Assembly (NCBI GenBank): GCA_030704615.1
Contig: CM060734.1
Location: 16,492,001-16,556,000, forward strand
Direction of reading: 5' to 3'
DNA length: 64,000 nt
Source of the DNA: Takakia lepidozioides
Taxonomy: Eukaryota; Plantae; Bryophyta
Under the pieces are notes generated by a model, which made no database searches, was not told where the DNA came from, and saw only the letters and a list, made by a program, of their open reading frames with translations. Of this stretch, positions 1 through 12,909 are shown piece after piece; within the stretch, counting starts at the first letter, position 1; the number at the start of each line of letters is the position of its first letter. A program made the translations under genes and the position numbers.

Positions 1-2369
1 TAACATTCATTTGGCAATACATGTTAGTGTCTGTAGTGTGCACTCTGTGCACTAACTACATTACTTTTGCGAATACAGAAGTAGATGGCAATGTAAGTAA
101 TGTGCAAACCTGTAAACGAGCCTCCGGGCCGGCAAAGACCCACCAGGCTGCTCGATAATTGGCCAGCTTTGGCCAGGCCCATCATTCATCTCGCACCAAA
201 ACAATTCTTTCCAATACTTAAGGTGGTAGTCATCCACCCAATCTGAGAGGGACTTGAGAGTGTCGGTGCCTCTTCCGGGGTTGGTAGCTGCAAGAACCCT
301 TTCTGAACCAGCCAGTCCAACTGGCGTTGCGCTTCCTCTTTTTGCTTCGAGTCCACGAAACATGTCACAATATAGGCTTACGACATAAACAGAAACTTAA
401 AGCTAGAGCAAAGAATGCAAGCTCTTTACCTGGAACCACCATGTCATTTTGTTGCACCACAAGCCGAAGACCACATCTGTTGGAGCATGGGGAAATTTCC
501 CTTCTTTCCTGGTGGTAGAGTCTGTATTCCAAAGCTTTAACCATGATTTCCTTCTCCGCAAGAGTGACCTCGCTGGTGGCCAGCATCTGCAACTTCTCCA
601 AAGTCATTTCAGGCTTCCGATTGACGGCGAGTGACTTGTAATGAGTGGTTATCTCAAACAAAAAACCAGTTCCCAAAGCAGGATCGCAAATAGAAGAATA
701 TTTAGCAATTTTGGTGTACCACTTCGTCCTGTGAACTTGGAAATTGCTCGCAAGCTTCTTCCTGATGAGCTCGGTGTTCTCGGCGGTGGCAGGCAAGTGC
801 ACATGGGCATCCAAGCAGGCGTTTCTGATTCTACGGAATCCCTCCTGACCCATGTACTCTATGAGAGCGTCTTGCGGCATCGTCATCCAATTCCCGTTCC
901 GCTTGTTCAAGCACTTCTCGTAGACGTCTAGTGGAATAGCTGTTTCATACTGCTCAACAGGTGTTGTTGCGCACTTCTGGAAGTAGAATAGCTTGTGTGG
1001 AAGTTCGAAGGATATATTTTCTCGATCTGTAACGCTGCAAAACGCACAGTAAAGGGCCTTTTAGTCGGCAACGACCTCATGGAAATTCGTCTGCTACCTT
1101 GAAGAACCTCCAAATAGTTTCTGGGTAAATAGCAAAGGTCCCGTATTCAATCTACGAAATTGCTATAGTCGTCTCCGACTATAACAACAGCCTCTACAAC
1201 CTGCAAACAATGAATGTGGCAGTTTTGTGCGACCTCCATCACTAAACCAAACTGTCGAGAACAAAAAAGGCCTATGAAGGTCAGTCAAGCTATACATCTG
1301 CTAACTGCTATAGTCGGCTCCGACTATATCAGTGGGAATACCTTCAACCTTAAACAAGACTGCTGGGAGTACAGCTGAATGGGGAACTTTAATAATCTAT
1401 TCAGAGTGTAATTGTTTTTCACTGTGCAGGGGATGCTACAGTGCACATCCTTTTATATGGAATTTGCCATAGTTGGTCCCGACTATGACAGTTTATCCTT
1501 GAGATTCTGTAACCGATTTTGATGCAGATTCCACAAATGCAACACTTGTATTCGGATATGAAACCCAAGCTCATGTGAGCAGAAGAGGGTATTGAAACTC
1601 ACACATTCATTGGATTCATTGCACATCAAATTAGCCCCATATCTGAACTCCTCACATCCATAATTTTTGCGTTCACCCGGTAGAGTTGCCCCCAGTTTCA
1701 GTCTCAAACTCTTGCAGGAACTGGGCTTCAGCTCGTGGAACCGGTTTTGTGGGAGACTACTCCGCCCTCCCTCTGATTGCCTTCTGCTTCTTACTCTTTG
1801 CAGGTGAAGTGACTGCTCCATTTGAATCTGCACTGCCCCCTTCTACTTCATTCTCTTTGGGGGGGGGGGAAGCGGATTGCTCCGGTTCGTTATTCTCTTC
1901 AAGCACGGGCTGCTTCTTCTTGCTCTTTACTGGAGAAGGGGATGACCCCTGCTGGCGATTGTCCATCAGCTTCAACCGTGCCTCTTTCTCTTGTGCTTTA
2001 AACTTCAAAGCCTTGCCTTTCCAAACCTGGTCCTTGAAACGCACGGGGCTAGGCCCGACAGGAAGACCCGTGCTTGTCATTCGGCTGTGTGTGCGTGCAG
2101 CAGCTACCTACATGGTTTCCTCCTGCGGCTCTTCAGATGCCTGCGATCCCTCCACCACCACCTTTGGAGTTAGGCATGCAAACATTTTTTGCATTCAAGT
2201 GTCCTAGCATAGAGTCAAACGAATCCACAAGAAAAGGAAGGAAGGTTTCGGTGCTCGATCAGGTGCGCGCATCCCGATAGCACCGAGCTCTCACTGGAGG
2301 CTGCGTTGTCTGCTGTTGTGCGGTGACCATCTCCTCCTAAAGACGCATCTGCCTCTTCACCTTTGGCAT
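1..2369 (-). pseudogene. Decayed paralog of the ParB-like/MTase gene (5' exons only; continues off the window start)
   Basis: ATG at 2369 reads MPKVKRQMRL*EE, with TAG where the 28987 copy has CAG. Splice junctions are shared (CCA|gtgaga, aaag|GTG, ttccag|gt, tacag|gt). The ParB-like exon segment is missing and there are frameshifts. Confidence 0.8.
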
Positions 2370-2721
2370 TGGTCTGGGTCCAAAGTATTGCGGAGCTTGC
2401 GACGACGTCTCTTCTCTGGTGCAAGAACTTCCTCACTCTCAGGTTGCAGCATAAGAAAAACATAGACGAGGAAATGGGCCAAAGAGTGGTGATGGAAGGG
2501 GTGCGAGAGCGGTGAAAGAGCAACCACGAAAAGATGACATCAAACGGCGGGGATGCACCGGATGGGTTCGAAAGGTCAGGGTCAACGTGTCTCCTTGTGG
2601 ACTGTCCGTCATCTAGAAATTCGAATCGTAAAAGGTACGCGTGCAGTCTGCCGGATAGAACATAATGATCTAACGGTCAAGCCCCGCCTCCTGCCAGTTC
2701 AACATGCATGAGTCACGAGAC

Positions 2722-3315
2722 TGAAATGCGGTGCCGCATTACCACCGTTCGATCACGTCCCACCTTCCGCATCCCGATGCAGGATAAATATGCCAGGGTG
2801 CCACATGGAAATGCGGTGCCGCATTTCCGTTGGACCATGTGTTCATTGATCGTACAGTGCGAGCCTGGACGGGATTGCGGCACCACATTTCCATTCCACG
2901 TTTCATGAGTTACATCTAGAAGGGAAATGTGGTGCCGCATTTCCGTCAAGCCGCATTGAAAGAAGACCTCGGACGGAAATGCGGCACCGCATTTCCGTTC
3001 CACTGTTTCATGACTTACATCCACAACGGAAATGCGGTGCCGCATTTCCGTCCAGACGCATTGACCGGAAGACCCCGAACGGAAATGCGGCACCGCATTT
3101 TCGTTCCACCATATCGTCATTTAGACGTTGAACGGAAGTGCGGTGCCACATTTCCGTCAAGAATGTTTGAAAGGAAGACTCCGGAAGGAAATGCGGCACC
3201 GCATTTCCTTCCAACCCTTTCGTCAATTATACTCATAACGGAAATACAGTGCCGCATTTCCGTCCGGACTCTCTCAATGGAAGACGGCAGAGTCGAAATG
3301 CGTCAAGAGTCTTTT
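2722..3315. repeat. Array of about 10-11 GGAAATGCGGYRCCGCATTTCC palindromes with a 52-53 bp period
   Basis: Unit starts at about 2722, 2807, 2871, 2923, 2975, 3028, 3081, 3134, 3187, 3240 and a partial unit at 3294. Confidence 0.95.
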
Positions 3316-3859
3316 GAAAGAAGAGTCCAGAAGGTGAGCATAGCCGTTGTGCGCATAGCCGTTGTGGGCTCCGAGAGGGGCAATTGCATTGCAAACCTGA
3401 AGCCGGGGTATTTATGGTTCTCCTCTCGCTCATCCTCCATTTGTTCGTCGAAAGCGCGCTTCCTTCTAAAGTTGCAACATGCAGTCATGTCATGGTGCCA
3501 CCTGCATTCGACGAAGTGGAATTTGACCCTCGCATTTGCGAATCCCGGAGCTGGGAGATATTATGGTGGAGTTGGAGTTCAGTGAACCGACGCGCATGGT
3601 GACAAGTTTCCGGGCAGTTCTCTGGGATTCTCTTTGGGTAAGACCCAGAACTGGACAACAGTGGATACTTGTTGTGCAAGACAGACCTGGAAGACGAAAT
3701 GTGCGTCTGTTCATGATGAGATGTTGTTGTGGGGAGCTTGTAAGGTCTTACTACCATGCTTACACCCCACCTCCACAGTACCTCCTACTGGATCGTCCGT
3801 TTGTAGGCTAATACGCATTTGTCGCAGGATGAGCAAAGAACGTGCGGTTGGGGAGTGAC

Positions 3860-6800
3860 GGCATGATTGTGGGTAAAGAATTGGTAGGGAGTGGAGACCA
3901 TTGAATTTTGAGGCGAGGTGTCTAACGATACCCAGGTAGATGAGCCAAGGCGCCCAGGGTCATTAAGGGCTTCTAGTAATTGAGTACCGAGAGTGCGGGT
4001 GTAGGAGGTGATGAGTGGGCTAGAGCCGATACCATAACTATCTATGGGTAGTTGGGTAAGGGCATTCGGGGTACTAGTAGGGAGTCCACGTAGGAGTTGG
4101 TTCTAGAAAAATAATGAAGAGGTATGGACTTAGGGTATCACCCTGGATAGGACCTCTCAGAATAGGGATAGGAGGGGTGGAGCTGTAGTAAGAACCACAG
4201 TATTCAGTGGTACTGTCAGTATATATATATTACCGATGAGTTGGATAGCGTCTAAAGGATAGCCGAGGTCAGTCATGATCGCAAGTAGTCTGGCATGGTC
4301 TAAGGAGCCGAATGCATTCTTGAAGTCAATATACAAAAGGTAGATATCATGTTTGGTAAGTTTAGCATCCTCGAGAGCTGATAATACATATTGGATTTGT
4401 CTAGTGGTACTGCGAGTGGCACGGAATCCCTCTTGAGGGTCGATGAGGATACGGTGTTGCTCGCCATAATTGGATAGCATTGTAGTTAGTGTGCTGGTGA
4501 AGAGTGTTTGCGAGAGCTATAGGTCTATAGTTATTAAGGTCTATAGGGTCTCCCTTTCTAAATAATAAGATGGTACGGCTATGCTTCCAGGAGTGTGGTA
4601 TCTTCTGTAGTTGATAGCAGAGTTTAAAGAATTTGAAGAGGAGAAGATGAAGGTGGGGGTCAAGTGCTTGTAAGATAGCATTCGGGATCAGGTCAGGACC
4701 AGGGGCTTTAGATTTGGATAGGGCTTTTAGGCACGAGTTATACAAGTTAATTGTAAAGAGGTCTTGGATGTGATCAGAGAGGGAGCCTTGTCGGTCTAGT
4801 GTAAAACCGTCTAGATCACGCCACAGATTGCAGTTTTGGTTGTGATGGTTTGGGTGTAGACAGTTAGTGGTGGTGGGCGTGTATGAGGCTGAAGCTTGGG
4901 TCCATATCTCGTTCTTGATGTCGTCAGGTTTAGTTAATAAGTGGCCAAGCCTATGCTTGAGGCAGTCAATGGGAGGGTTTAGTGCAGGATTAAAGATGGC
5001 TTTGTGAGCTTTTTTAGGATGGTCATGCAATAGCTGGTTAAAGGAGGCAACATTTTTTTTGTGATTGTCTATAGCTTTTTGTTTGGTGATCATGTAGGCT
5101 GCTTTTTTGGAGTCTCTACCCAGTTTGGATAGGGCAGCAATCCAGGTGGGAAGGGTGGCAGGGTCGTCAGGGGGGGCATGAAGGCACGGCAGGTGGAGAG
5201 GGTATTTAGGCTAGTGATGCGGGGATCGGACCTCCAGTTATTAGAGAGTGAGGGTAGTGACGAATTGGGTATGATAGTGAGGGCCCGACGAACGGTATGG
5301 TAAATGTTTAGATGGGAGTTCCAAGCACGCTTTTGTGATCTGGTAAGGTAACCTCCATTTTGTTTGGAGCGAGTGGTTTGAGGGATGTCAGGGGGGGCAA
5401 AGCATGTGGCTTTGACACTGTTAGTCATTTCTTGTACTAAGGATGATAGTGTGCATTTTGCATCATGCCAGGTGGTCTCGGGAGAGTGTGATAGGTAGTG
5501 TCAGAGAGGATGTGTGAGAGTTTAAGCGTGAGGATGGAGGCAGTTGGTTGGAAGTGATTTTGGAATGCAACAATGTTGCGTTGTGGAAGCGGGGAGAGGA
5601 TTCGGGTGCGGGTGGGGGTTGGGACTAGTGGGATCGGCCGGATAGGGATGAGGGATGAGGGAAGGGAGACGAATACCGGGAAGTGGTCGGAGTTACATAA
5701 ACTGTCAGTGTGGATGTGGCTCATGAGGTACGTGGGGATTTGGTTGCATGTCCTGAGATAGAAGCCATCAATAAGGCTGAGAGATGAGTAGTGGAGCCCA
5801 CCCTGGCGTGAGTAGTGGTGGTCTGCTGGGATGTAGGAGAATTGATGTTGTTGTATGAATTTAGCCCACTCATGGTCGAGGGGGGTTGGGGATTTGTGTA
5901 GGCCATTGAATGTGTGTCCCAGTAAGGAAATATCACGGTTGAAGTCACCGGCTAGTATGTAATGGAAGTGTTGATGTTCAGGGTGGGAGACGGTGTCAGA
6001 AATAATGTGTAATATGTCCGGTATCAGAGTTAGATCTTCAGTGTGCGAGAGCATATATAGGTGGATTAAGGTAAAGGGGTTAAGGGCATGTAGGTGGAGT
6101 TGGATGATTTGTAAATAGGATCGGAGGGGGGTAGGTACAGATATATTGAGTGTAGTGTTGGGGGAGTGATGTGTTCAGAGGATACCGGGGTAGTTGCAGC
6201 CTACGGTGGACCAAAATGAGACACACCATAAGTCCCTAAAAGTACATAAAGGGGGATGTGGCGAATCCTCAACCATTGGATTCGCTTCAATTTACGATCT
6301 CAACCGTCTATTGTTGACCATTAAAGTCTTTATTCTCAAATCGCGATAGTTTCAGATCATGATAGTTTTTTTTCAAATTTGACCTTGATCCACCCCGGGG
6401 GTCTACCCTTGGTCTATGTATTTAATGAGGTAGTGTTGATATTTCAAAGAATTCTATATGTAAAGGACTGTACAAAAATAGTTATTTTGAAGGCTCAAAA
6501 TAGTACATAAAGTTTATTTTACTTAATATTTTTGAGTGGATGTTTTCATTTTAGATTCTTTATCCCTCAAAGCACATTTGGTCGAGTCCCTTTTTCTAAT
6601 TCTCTATAAATCATGCTTTAAAAAAGTCCATAACGGCCTTTTATATGGACTATAACGAATCCTTATGGACTTGTTCAAAAAGTCCATAATTTCTAACCAT
6701 TTGCTTTTTTGGTTATGAGACTTGGAATAGGGGAAATATATGTAGTTGAGCCTTCATAGCTTAGTCCCTTTTTACTATCAGCATTGCCATTTAGGAGTAT

Positions 6801-7850
6801 GATAATTTACAACTAATCAAGATCCCAAAAAAATTGTGTTGTGACAGCATTTTTGGTCCACCGTAGGTTGCAACTGCCCACCGAGTGCCACGCCACCACG
6901 AGTGGGGCTGTATGGGGGCATAGCGACGTCGTAGGCATTGTGGTCCAGTTAGGGGGGTGCCATATAAAAGGTCGTAGTTTGGCAGGAGTTTGTTAATGTA
7001 TGAACTGGTGGTGTTGTTGGTGTGCAGTTTGGTTTCTTGTAATAAAATAACATGAGGAGGCATGGAGGCTATGAGGAGGTGAAGTAAACTCTGGATGCTT
7101 GATGCTAGGGAGCCAACGTTCCAGGTAATGATGGTAAGAGTGTGTGAGCATATGTCAGGGGGGTTAGGGGGATGGCTGGGTGAGGAGTCCGGTGTGGGAG
7201 AGTGAGGTTGGGTTGGGAGTGGAGAAGGTAACGATGGCGTAGGAGCATGCGGGGGTTGGTAAGCAAGAAGAGGGGTAACGGTGTTAAGGGTAGCCAAGAG
7301 AACCTTTTCAAAGAGAAAGGGAAATTTATCGATGATGTTCTGGTGGCCGTCTTGGCCCGGGGCGGTCGCGAGGGTAGCAAGGTGGTCTCCGAGCTTCTTG
7401 TGTAAAACACTTGGGTGTGATTGTAGCGATGTGAGTAGGTATGCTAAGCAGTGCGATGGAGCTAGGTAGTTGTTAGGATGTGGGGGAAGAGATTGTAAAT
7501 CCCGTAAAGTGGAGATGATTTGAGAGTCTGACTGTGTGGCTAAGTAGGCGTCACATTCATTGGATAGCGGGGAGATGATGACAATGAGGGAAAAGAGAAT
7601 GTGTTGTGCTGGGTAGATGTGCAATTTTAGAACAATCTGGGAGAGGGTGGATGGGGAGTCCAAAAGTGGAAAAGGAGTGCCTGGCAGTCTGTTTGGGGAG
7701 TTGGTTATTGGTGGCCAGTGTGGGGAGGAAAGGGGCGAACTGGTCATAAAGGTGACGATAGGTATGAACAAGGGATATGCTGTTTGGGCAAAAGTATAGT
7801 GCATATTGATCCTATTGGTCAGCTGGTAGTTGACTGGTGATGTCATCTAT
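3860..7850 (-). pseudogene. Non-LTR retrotransposon (LINE) copy 1: APE endonuclease plus N-terminal RT, frameshifted
   Basis: APE motifs IITWNVGS, VILLQETK, ILAGDFN and SDHFPV. RT motifs KAPGPDLIPN, NYRPIAL, QEGFR, YIDFKNAF and QGDTLSPYLF. Boundaries approximate. Confidence 0.9.
6188..6879. mobile_element. 692-bp MITE / non-autonomous DNA transposon with ~29-bp TIRs and 4-bp TSD ACCG
   Basis: Left end GGGTAGTTGCAGCCTACGGTGGACCAAAA; right end TTTTGGTCCACCGTAGGTTGCAACTGCCC. ACCG at 6184-6187 and 6880-6883. The empty site is visible in LINE copy 2 (~41761, agaataccgagtgcca). Confidence 0.9.
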
Positions 7851-10800
7851 AGAGGTAGGTCCTGGGTTGGGGTGGATGTCACCGCATTTGAGCAAAATAA
7901 GAGTGATACAGAGGTTACGGTACGTGGTGTCAGGCGAGGGAGGATGGTGAAGATAATGTTTGGATGCTAAGGGGGTAAAGCGATATCGTCCATGAGGGCA
8001 ATGGGTAATGGGGTGGTATTTTCTGACTAACTTATCAGGTCTTACGGGAGGGTAGAAGTGGGCGTGATGTGGGCCATTTATGCGTGTCGTGGTCTCAAAG
8101 GTGAGGGTGGAGCTAGTGTATATGAAGTGGTGGGGTATAATGATAAATGGGAGGGAGAAGCACCTGTTGTGACATTGATATCCCGGTGGATGTATTGTAG
8201 CAGTTGAGAGGGGGTAGAGACCCTAGGTTGGGGCCAAGCCTGGACGAGCGTCCTCCTATGTTTGTGGTAGTGATGGATGGGGGGTGGGGTTAATCTCATG
8301 AGTCGGTGGTAGGGATAGTGAGCATATGGGATGGGGTTTCTTTGGGCATAGACAATGGGTTTTGGGAATGTAGGTGTGTATGGGTCAATAATAATGCTGG
8401 AAGTATTAATGTGGATGGCGGGTATTTTTAAGAATAGGTAGTGAATGCAGCGCTCATTAGATATGGGCATGGCCGGGGTAGTATGTAGGTATTTTAAGGT
8501 ATTACTTAATATGACAACCATGGTATATTTATAATTTGGCGGGGTTAGGGTGTTGTTGGTGTGGGAGTTGTAGTTAGGTAGGTTGTTATTAGTAGAAATT
8601 GAGAGGGTGAATGGTATGGTACCTTTGTTATGTTTGAATTGTGGCGGGTTTAGGGTATACGTGGTGTGGGGATTGTAAATGGGTAGATTGGCAGAAGTGG
8701 CAACTTTGGGTATAGCTGCGGTATAGTTGCCAGTGGGTAGTAATATGGTACAGGCGGTGGTGGGTAGAATGGCAGTATGGCAGTTATAGTATCCGGGGGT
8801 ATGTAATAAGGTATTTTGGGGTAGAGTAATAGGTATGGAAGCCAAAGTAGATATTACGCGGTGGGGTCGGGGCATGACTAATATGGGGGTAATTGACAAG
8901 TAGAGTGGCGTAGAAAGGGTTTAAGGGTGAGCCGAAAAGACGTAGTGGGGTGGGAAGTGAGGTGGTAAAAGTGATTATGGATGAGGTGAGGGTGGTGAAA
9001 TGAGGTGAATTTGGGAAGGGGGTCCGTGTAATATAATAATTGTTTGTAAATAGTTTGAGAGTATGTGAAGTGTAATAATTGTTAGAGAGTAATTCTGAAA
9101 TATCAGTAGTGTAATAATTGTTTGTGAGAAGGACTGAGATACAGTGAGCAGTGCAAGTATTATTTCTAAATAGGATTGAAGTGGGTCTAGTGTCGAAATG
9201 TATGAATATGTCTGGATACATATGATGAGTTGGAATGAATAAAAAAATACACAGTGTGCGGGGAGTATATGGTAGATGTAGGTGGTATTAGCTGACCGGA
9301 GAGGTGGCATATACGAGGTAGAACTAAGACACCGTACTGGCTGCAGTGTTGAAATTGGTATCACAATGTATAGAGGGCCAATTACAGCACATCCGTTGGG
9401 GGTGCTTATGTGAGAAAAATGGTAGCACAAGGTGAGTATGAAATTGTGGAGGATGATAGATGATGATTTGTGAGTGAAGCCAGTGAGGATATAGCATTGG
9501 GATATTCTGAAAGGCCAAGGCCTTAGAAAAAATAAATGCGGGTAGATGAAGTGCCTAGGAGTTACAAGATAAGATAGTGATGAAACTAGCTCAATATTTA
9601 ACAAGCCTATGATCTGGGGAGTGATCGATGTAGATAAATTGAGTCGTGATGCTTCGCGGTAGGTTGGCGTATGTGAGGGAGTGCACAGTGTCGGGGTGGT
9701 ACATGTGCAAGGTGGCAGGCACAAACTCCTCCAATCTGCAAAAAAGGGGGAGTGAGATAGAATATATATTGATTCTGTAGCAAGGGGGGCAGTTAGTGGA
9801 AAGCCTGGCCAGGGGGTAGGGTGGTGGAATAACCAGCCAGCCGATAGAAGAGTGAGAGAGACATGACCGACTGTGGGTGTGCAGGACTGATTGGTATAGG
9901 TAGGATAAGTGGGGTAGCCATCAGGAGGTTGACAAGAGTGTAGGGCAGTCTGTTGGCTATCAAGAGTGAGGACAGTGGCAGCAAACCAAAGTATCAAGCG
10001 GGGATGGAGAATAGCATGAGCAGCACAAATGGTAAGGGGGTATGAAGCTTCCCTTGGTGGGGTACCGGTAGAGTCGAAGGGGGTTAGCAGTTTGCAGCAG
10101 AGATTGATTGTTGGCAGAGTGTATGATCCACATGCGAACACGGTTGGAAGTGGCTTATTGGCATAATGGTGATCTGTTGTTGATCTCAGCAGCATTGTCA
10201 GTGATGGGCCTGGGCTTGGGGGCACGGGGGTTATTCTCCATTCTGCAGCAAAGAGTGACGAGGAGGAGTTGAGCAAAAGTGTTAAAAACGCATGGGAGAT
10301 TGACTGTGGATAAAGCAGGCGGTGGGACAACAGCATAGAGGTACAGTTCATGTGGCAAGTAAAGCATAGCCTGGATATGCACAACAGAGAGGTGTAATCC
10401 TTCGGCAGAGGGAAAACAAGTCCAGAGTAGAACGGGTGTACAACATTGCCGTGGTGGCAATTAGTTAGTGTTGAAATAGATATCCAAAACTGAAATTTAG
10501 GACGGAGTGTAGCAACATGAAGAGACTTGACATGGTGGAAAGCAACTTCCCTGGAGGGTAGACTCGCGTATTCAATTGGGGCAGTCCGATTGGGGTAGGT
10601 GAGGTGGTCTGGCTGTGTAGGAGTCCCGCATGCATATCTCTTATAAGTCCAAGGAGATGGTAGCTGATTGCATACCAGTAAATCAGCATAATTGTTACCG
10701 TGAGCAATGGTGTTGGGTGCATGCCAAGGGAGCCTTCCAGGAGAGTTGTCGTTATTCAGGGCAGTCTGGAACTTAGCATATGTTCCGCGTGTGAATTTTG

Positions 10801-11888
10801 GCACCGATAACCATTCAATGCACCTGGAGTTCAGTTGGGTGGCCCTCTTGAAGCTCCCACACAGGATATCCAACCAGCAAGGAGTGTTAGCCCTAGGAGA
10901 TACCAAGGGCAGCACTGTATGGTATCCATGGAAAGAGGAAAAATAGTGTCGGCCGTAATAAGAGAGAGGGGGCCGGTATTCCAGCCTCTGCGACGGAGAG
11001 CAAGGATAAGTGGTGCATACTTTTGTCGTTTTTCTAAAATGGAGGAGGTGGGGTAGCGATCATGGCAGTATGTGGATTCGACAAAATAGATGGTGATATG
11101 TGGGGATGGGGGGGTAGGTGGCTGGGTATTGATAGGTAGGCCGGGAACAAGCAGGATGTCAGGGCATAGCCTGGCAGGACAGGTGCAAGGAGAGCGCGGA
11201 CACAGGCATGGGAGTAGCCATGGTGGGACAGTATGGTCTGGAGGTTTACCTTGGTAGGTGTCTGCATTGACGAGTGAGAACCAACGGGTTTTGGAGCGTT
11301 GCATAAGGAGTTTGTGGATGTGCCAGATTGCCTGGTTATATGTAGACCGTGGATGACCGGGTGGGTACATTGGCTCAGAAGATGCGGCCATGTGTCTCTA
11401 ATCTGGTGGGTGTGAGAGCATAGAGGGCAGTTTGGTGAGGGAAATAGGCGTGGCCATAATACATGTTTGAGTTGGTGGCCCATGTATTGAGCGTATCAAA
11501 ATTTAAGCGTTTGTTTAATTTGAGCATCAGTCGCAGCTTTGGAGTGCCAGAAATAGTTGAAGAGTTTATGATGGAGTATAGTGGAGAGTGTCCATATTTT
11601 CATGTGGATTTTGGTGTGACTCGTAGATGTCCTAGCTTGCTGATTGGCCTCCTTAGTGAGGATAGTAAGGAGGTTATGTATAGGCTTAGGGTCTGGGGGG
11701 TTTGGGACTGGGTGTATTAGCCAGAATGGATGGGAGTGTGAATAGGATCGTTGGTGGGATCGACAAAGGGCTCGATGGCGCCAGTTTGAGCGAGGAGGTC
11801 AGCCTCCTCATTGCCAGCATTACCGGTATGTGAGCGGACTTTCAGGAAGTGGATGGGTTGGCCCAAGTCTATTTTAAGTCTGGTTATG

Positions 11889-12630
11889 CACTACAACAGA
11901 TCGCGGTATTTATGATTGTATATATGACTATTCTGCAGTTATAAACGGTACATATGACTTCTATGACTGTAAGTCGTGCAAACCAAGTCAATACAATGAG
12001 TACAGGATGGTACGGTCCGGATGACTACAATCATATGAACCAAGTGATATCTCTCACTGCAGTCATATATACCATACTGCAGCCGCCGCTGCCGCGCCAC
12101 GTGGCGAGGCGCAATTGATTTAAAAAATTATAAAAAATTAAAAAAACCCATACTGCACAGCCGCCGCCCGCTGCCCCCGCGCCCGTGGCGAGGCGCAATT
12201 GATTTAAAAAATTATAAAAAATTAAAAAAACTGAAAAAAATAAAACATTTGGCAAACGCCGCGTCGCACCGCATTGTGCCACGTGGCATAATGCATTTTT
12301 ATAATAATGAAAAAACCACGTGGCAGTCCATCTAGGGTACCACGTGCTATTCCTAGCTCGCCTACTAACCTTAGGGCCATCTTATCCATTTGATTGTACT
12401 TAGAGCTTTGAACCTGCAACCTCTTATTATAAGAGTATAGTTCACACTACCTGTTAACCAATCTAAACCCATTAGCAATTCATATGATCATATGGTGTTT
12501 TAATTGTATTATACACACCAAATTACAAAATCCCCAGTAGTCATCATGACTATGTAACCTCATCCATGTACACTGTATCATGGAAATGACTATGAATGGT
12601 GAGCTAAATCTGGTCAATTGCCGTTGACCA
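11889..12630. mobile_element. Truncated CACTA (En/Spm)-like fragment inserted in the LINE RNase H
   Basis: Begins CACTACAAC exactly where the RNase H frame is interrupted. It has many ATGACT/AGTCAT subterminal-type repeats and an internal ~75-bp direct repeat (~12071-12240). No matching right TIR found; right boundary approximate. Confidence 0.6.
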
Positions 12631-12719
12631 GCCTTCAATGAGGTTACGATATGGCTGGTAGTGGTGTGAGGAGGGGCCTGGGAGAGGTGGTTAGGTATAA
12701 GGAAAAGCGATGTGAGACT

Positions 12720-12909
12720 GTCTGTGAAGATGTAGTGTGGAGGAGAGAATGAGGGTAATTGGGAGAGGGCCACGTAGATGGCCATAAGCTCAGCGCGGAG
12801 TATTGTAGCAGGCCGTCTGTGAAGATGTAGTGGGGAGGAGAGAATGAGGGTAATTGGGGAGGGGCCACGTAGATGGCCATAAGCTCAGCGCGGAGTATTG
12901 TAGCAGGCC
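12720..12909. repeat. 95-bp tandem duplication within the LINE RNase H
   Basis: gtctgtgaagatgtagtg...gtattgtagcaggcc occurs twice, giving MAIYVA..SFSPPHYIFTD twice in the ORF track. Confidence 0.9.

Larger units (their letters stand above)
1..3850. mobile_element. Partial, diverged, inverted relative of the 21971-36656 DNA transposon, truncated on the right by LINE sequence
   Basis: Peptides match the 28987-34108 gene (GLPVGPSPVRFKD/GIPAGPSPLRFKD; NRQQGSSPSPVKSKKKQP/NRQQGSGPSPAKSKKKQP; DPALG; LEKL; WCNKMTWWFQ/WLNRMTWWFQ; LVYR/IVYR). The same palindrome array lies at 2722-3315. Right boundary approximate. Confidence 0.85.
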
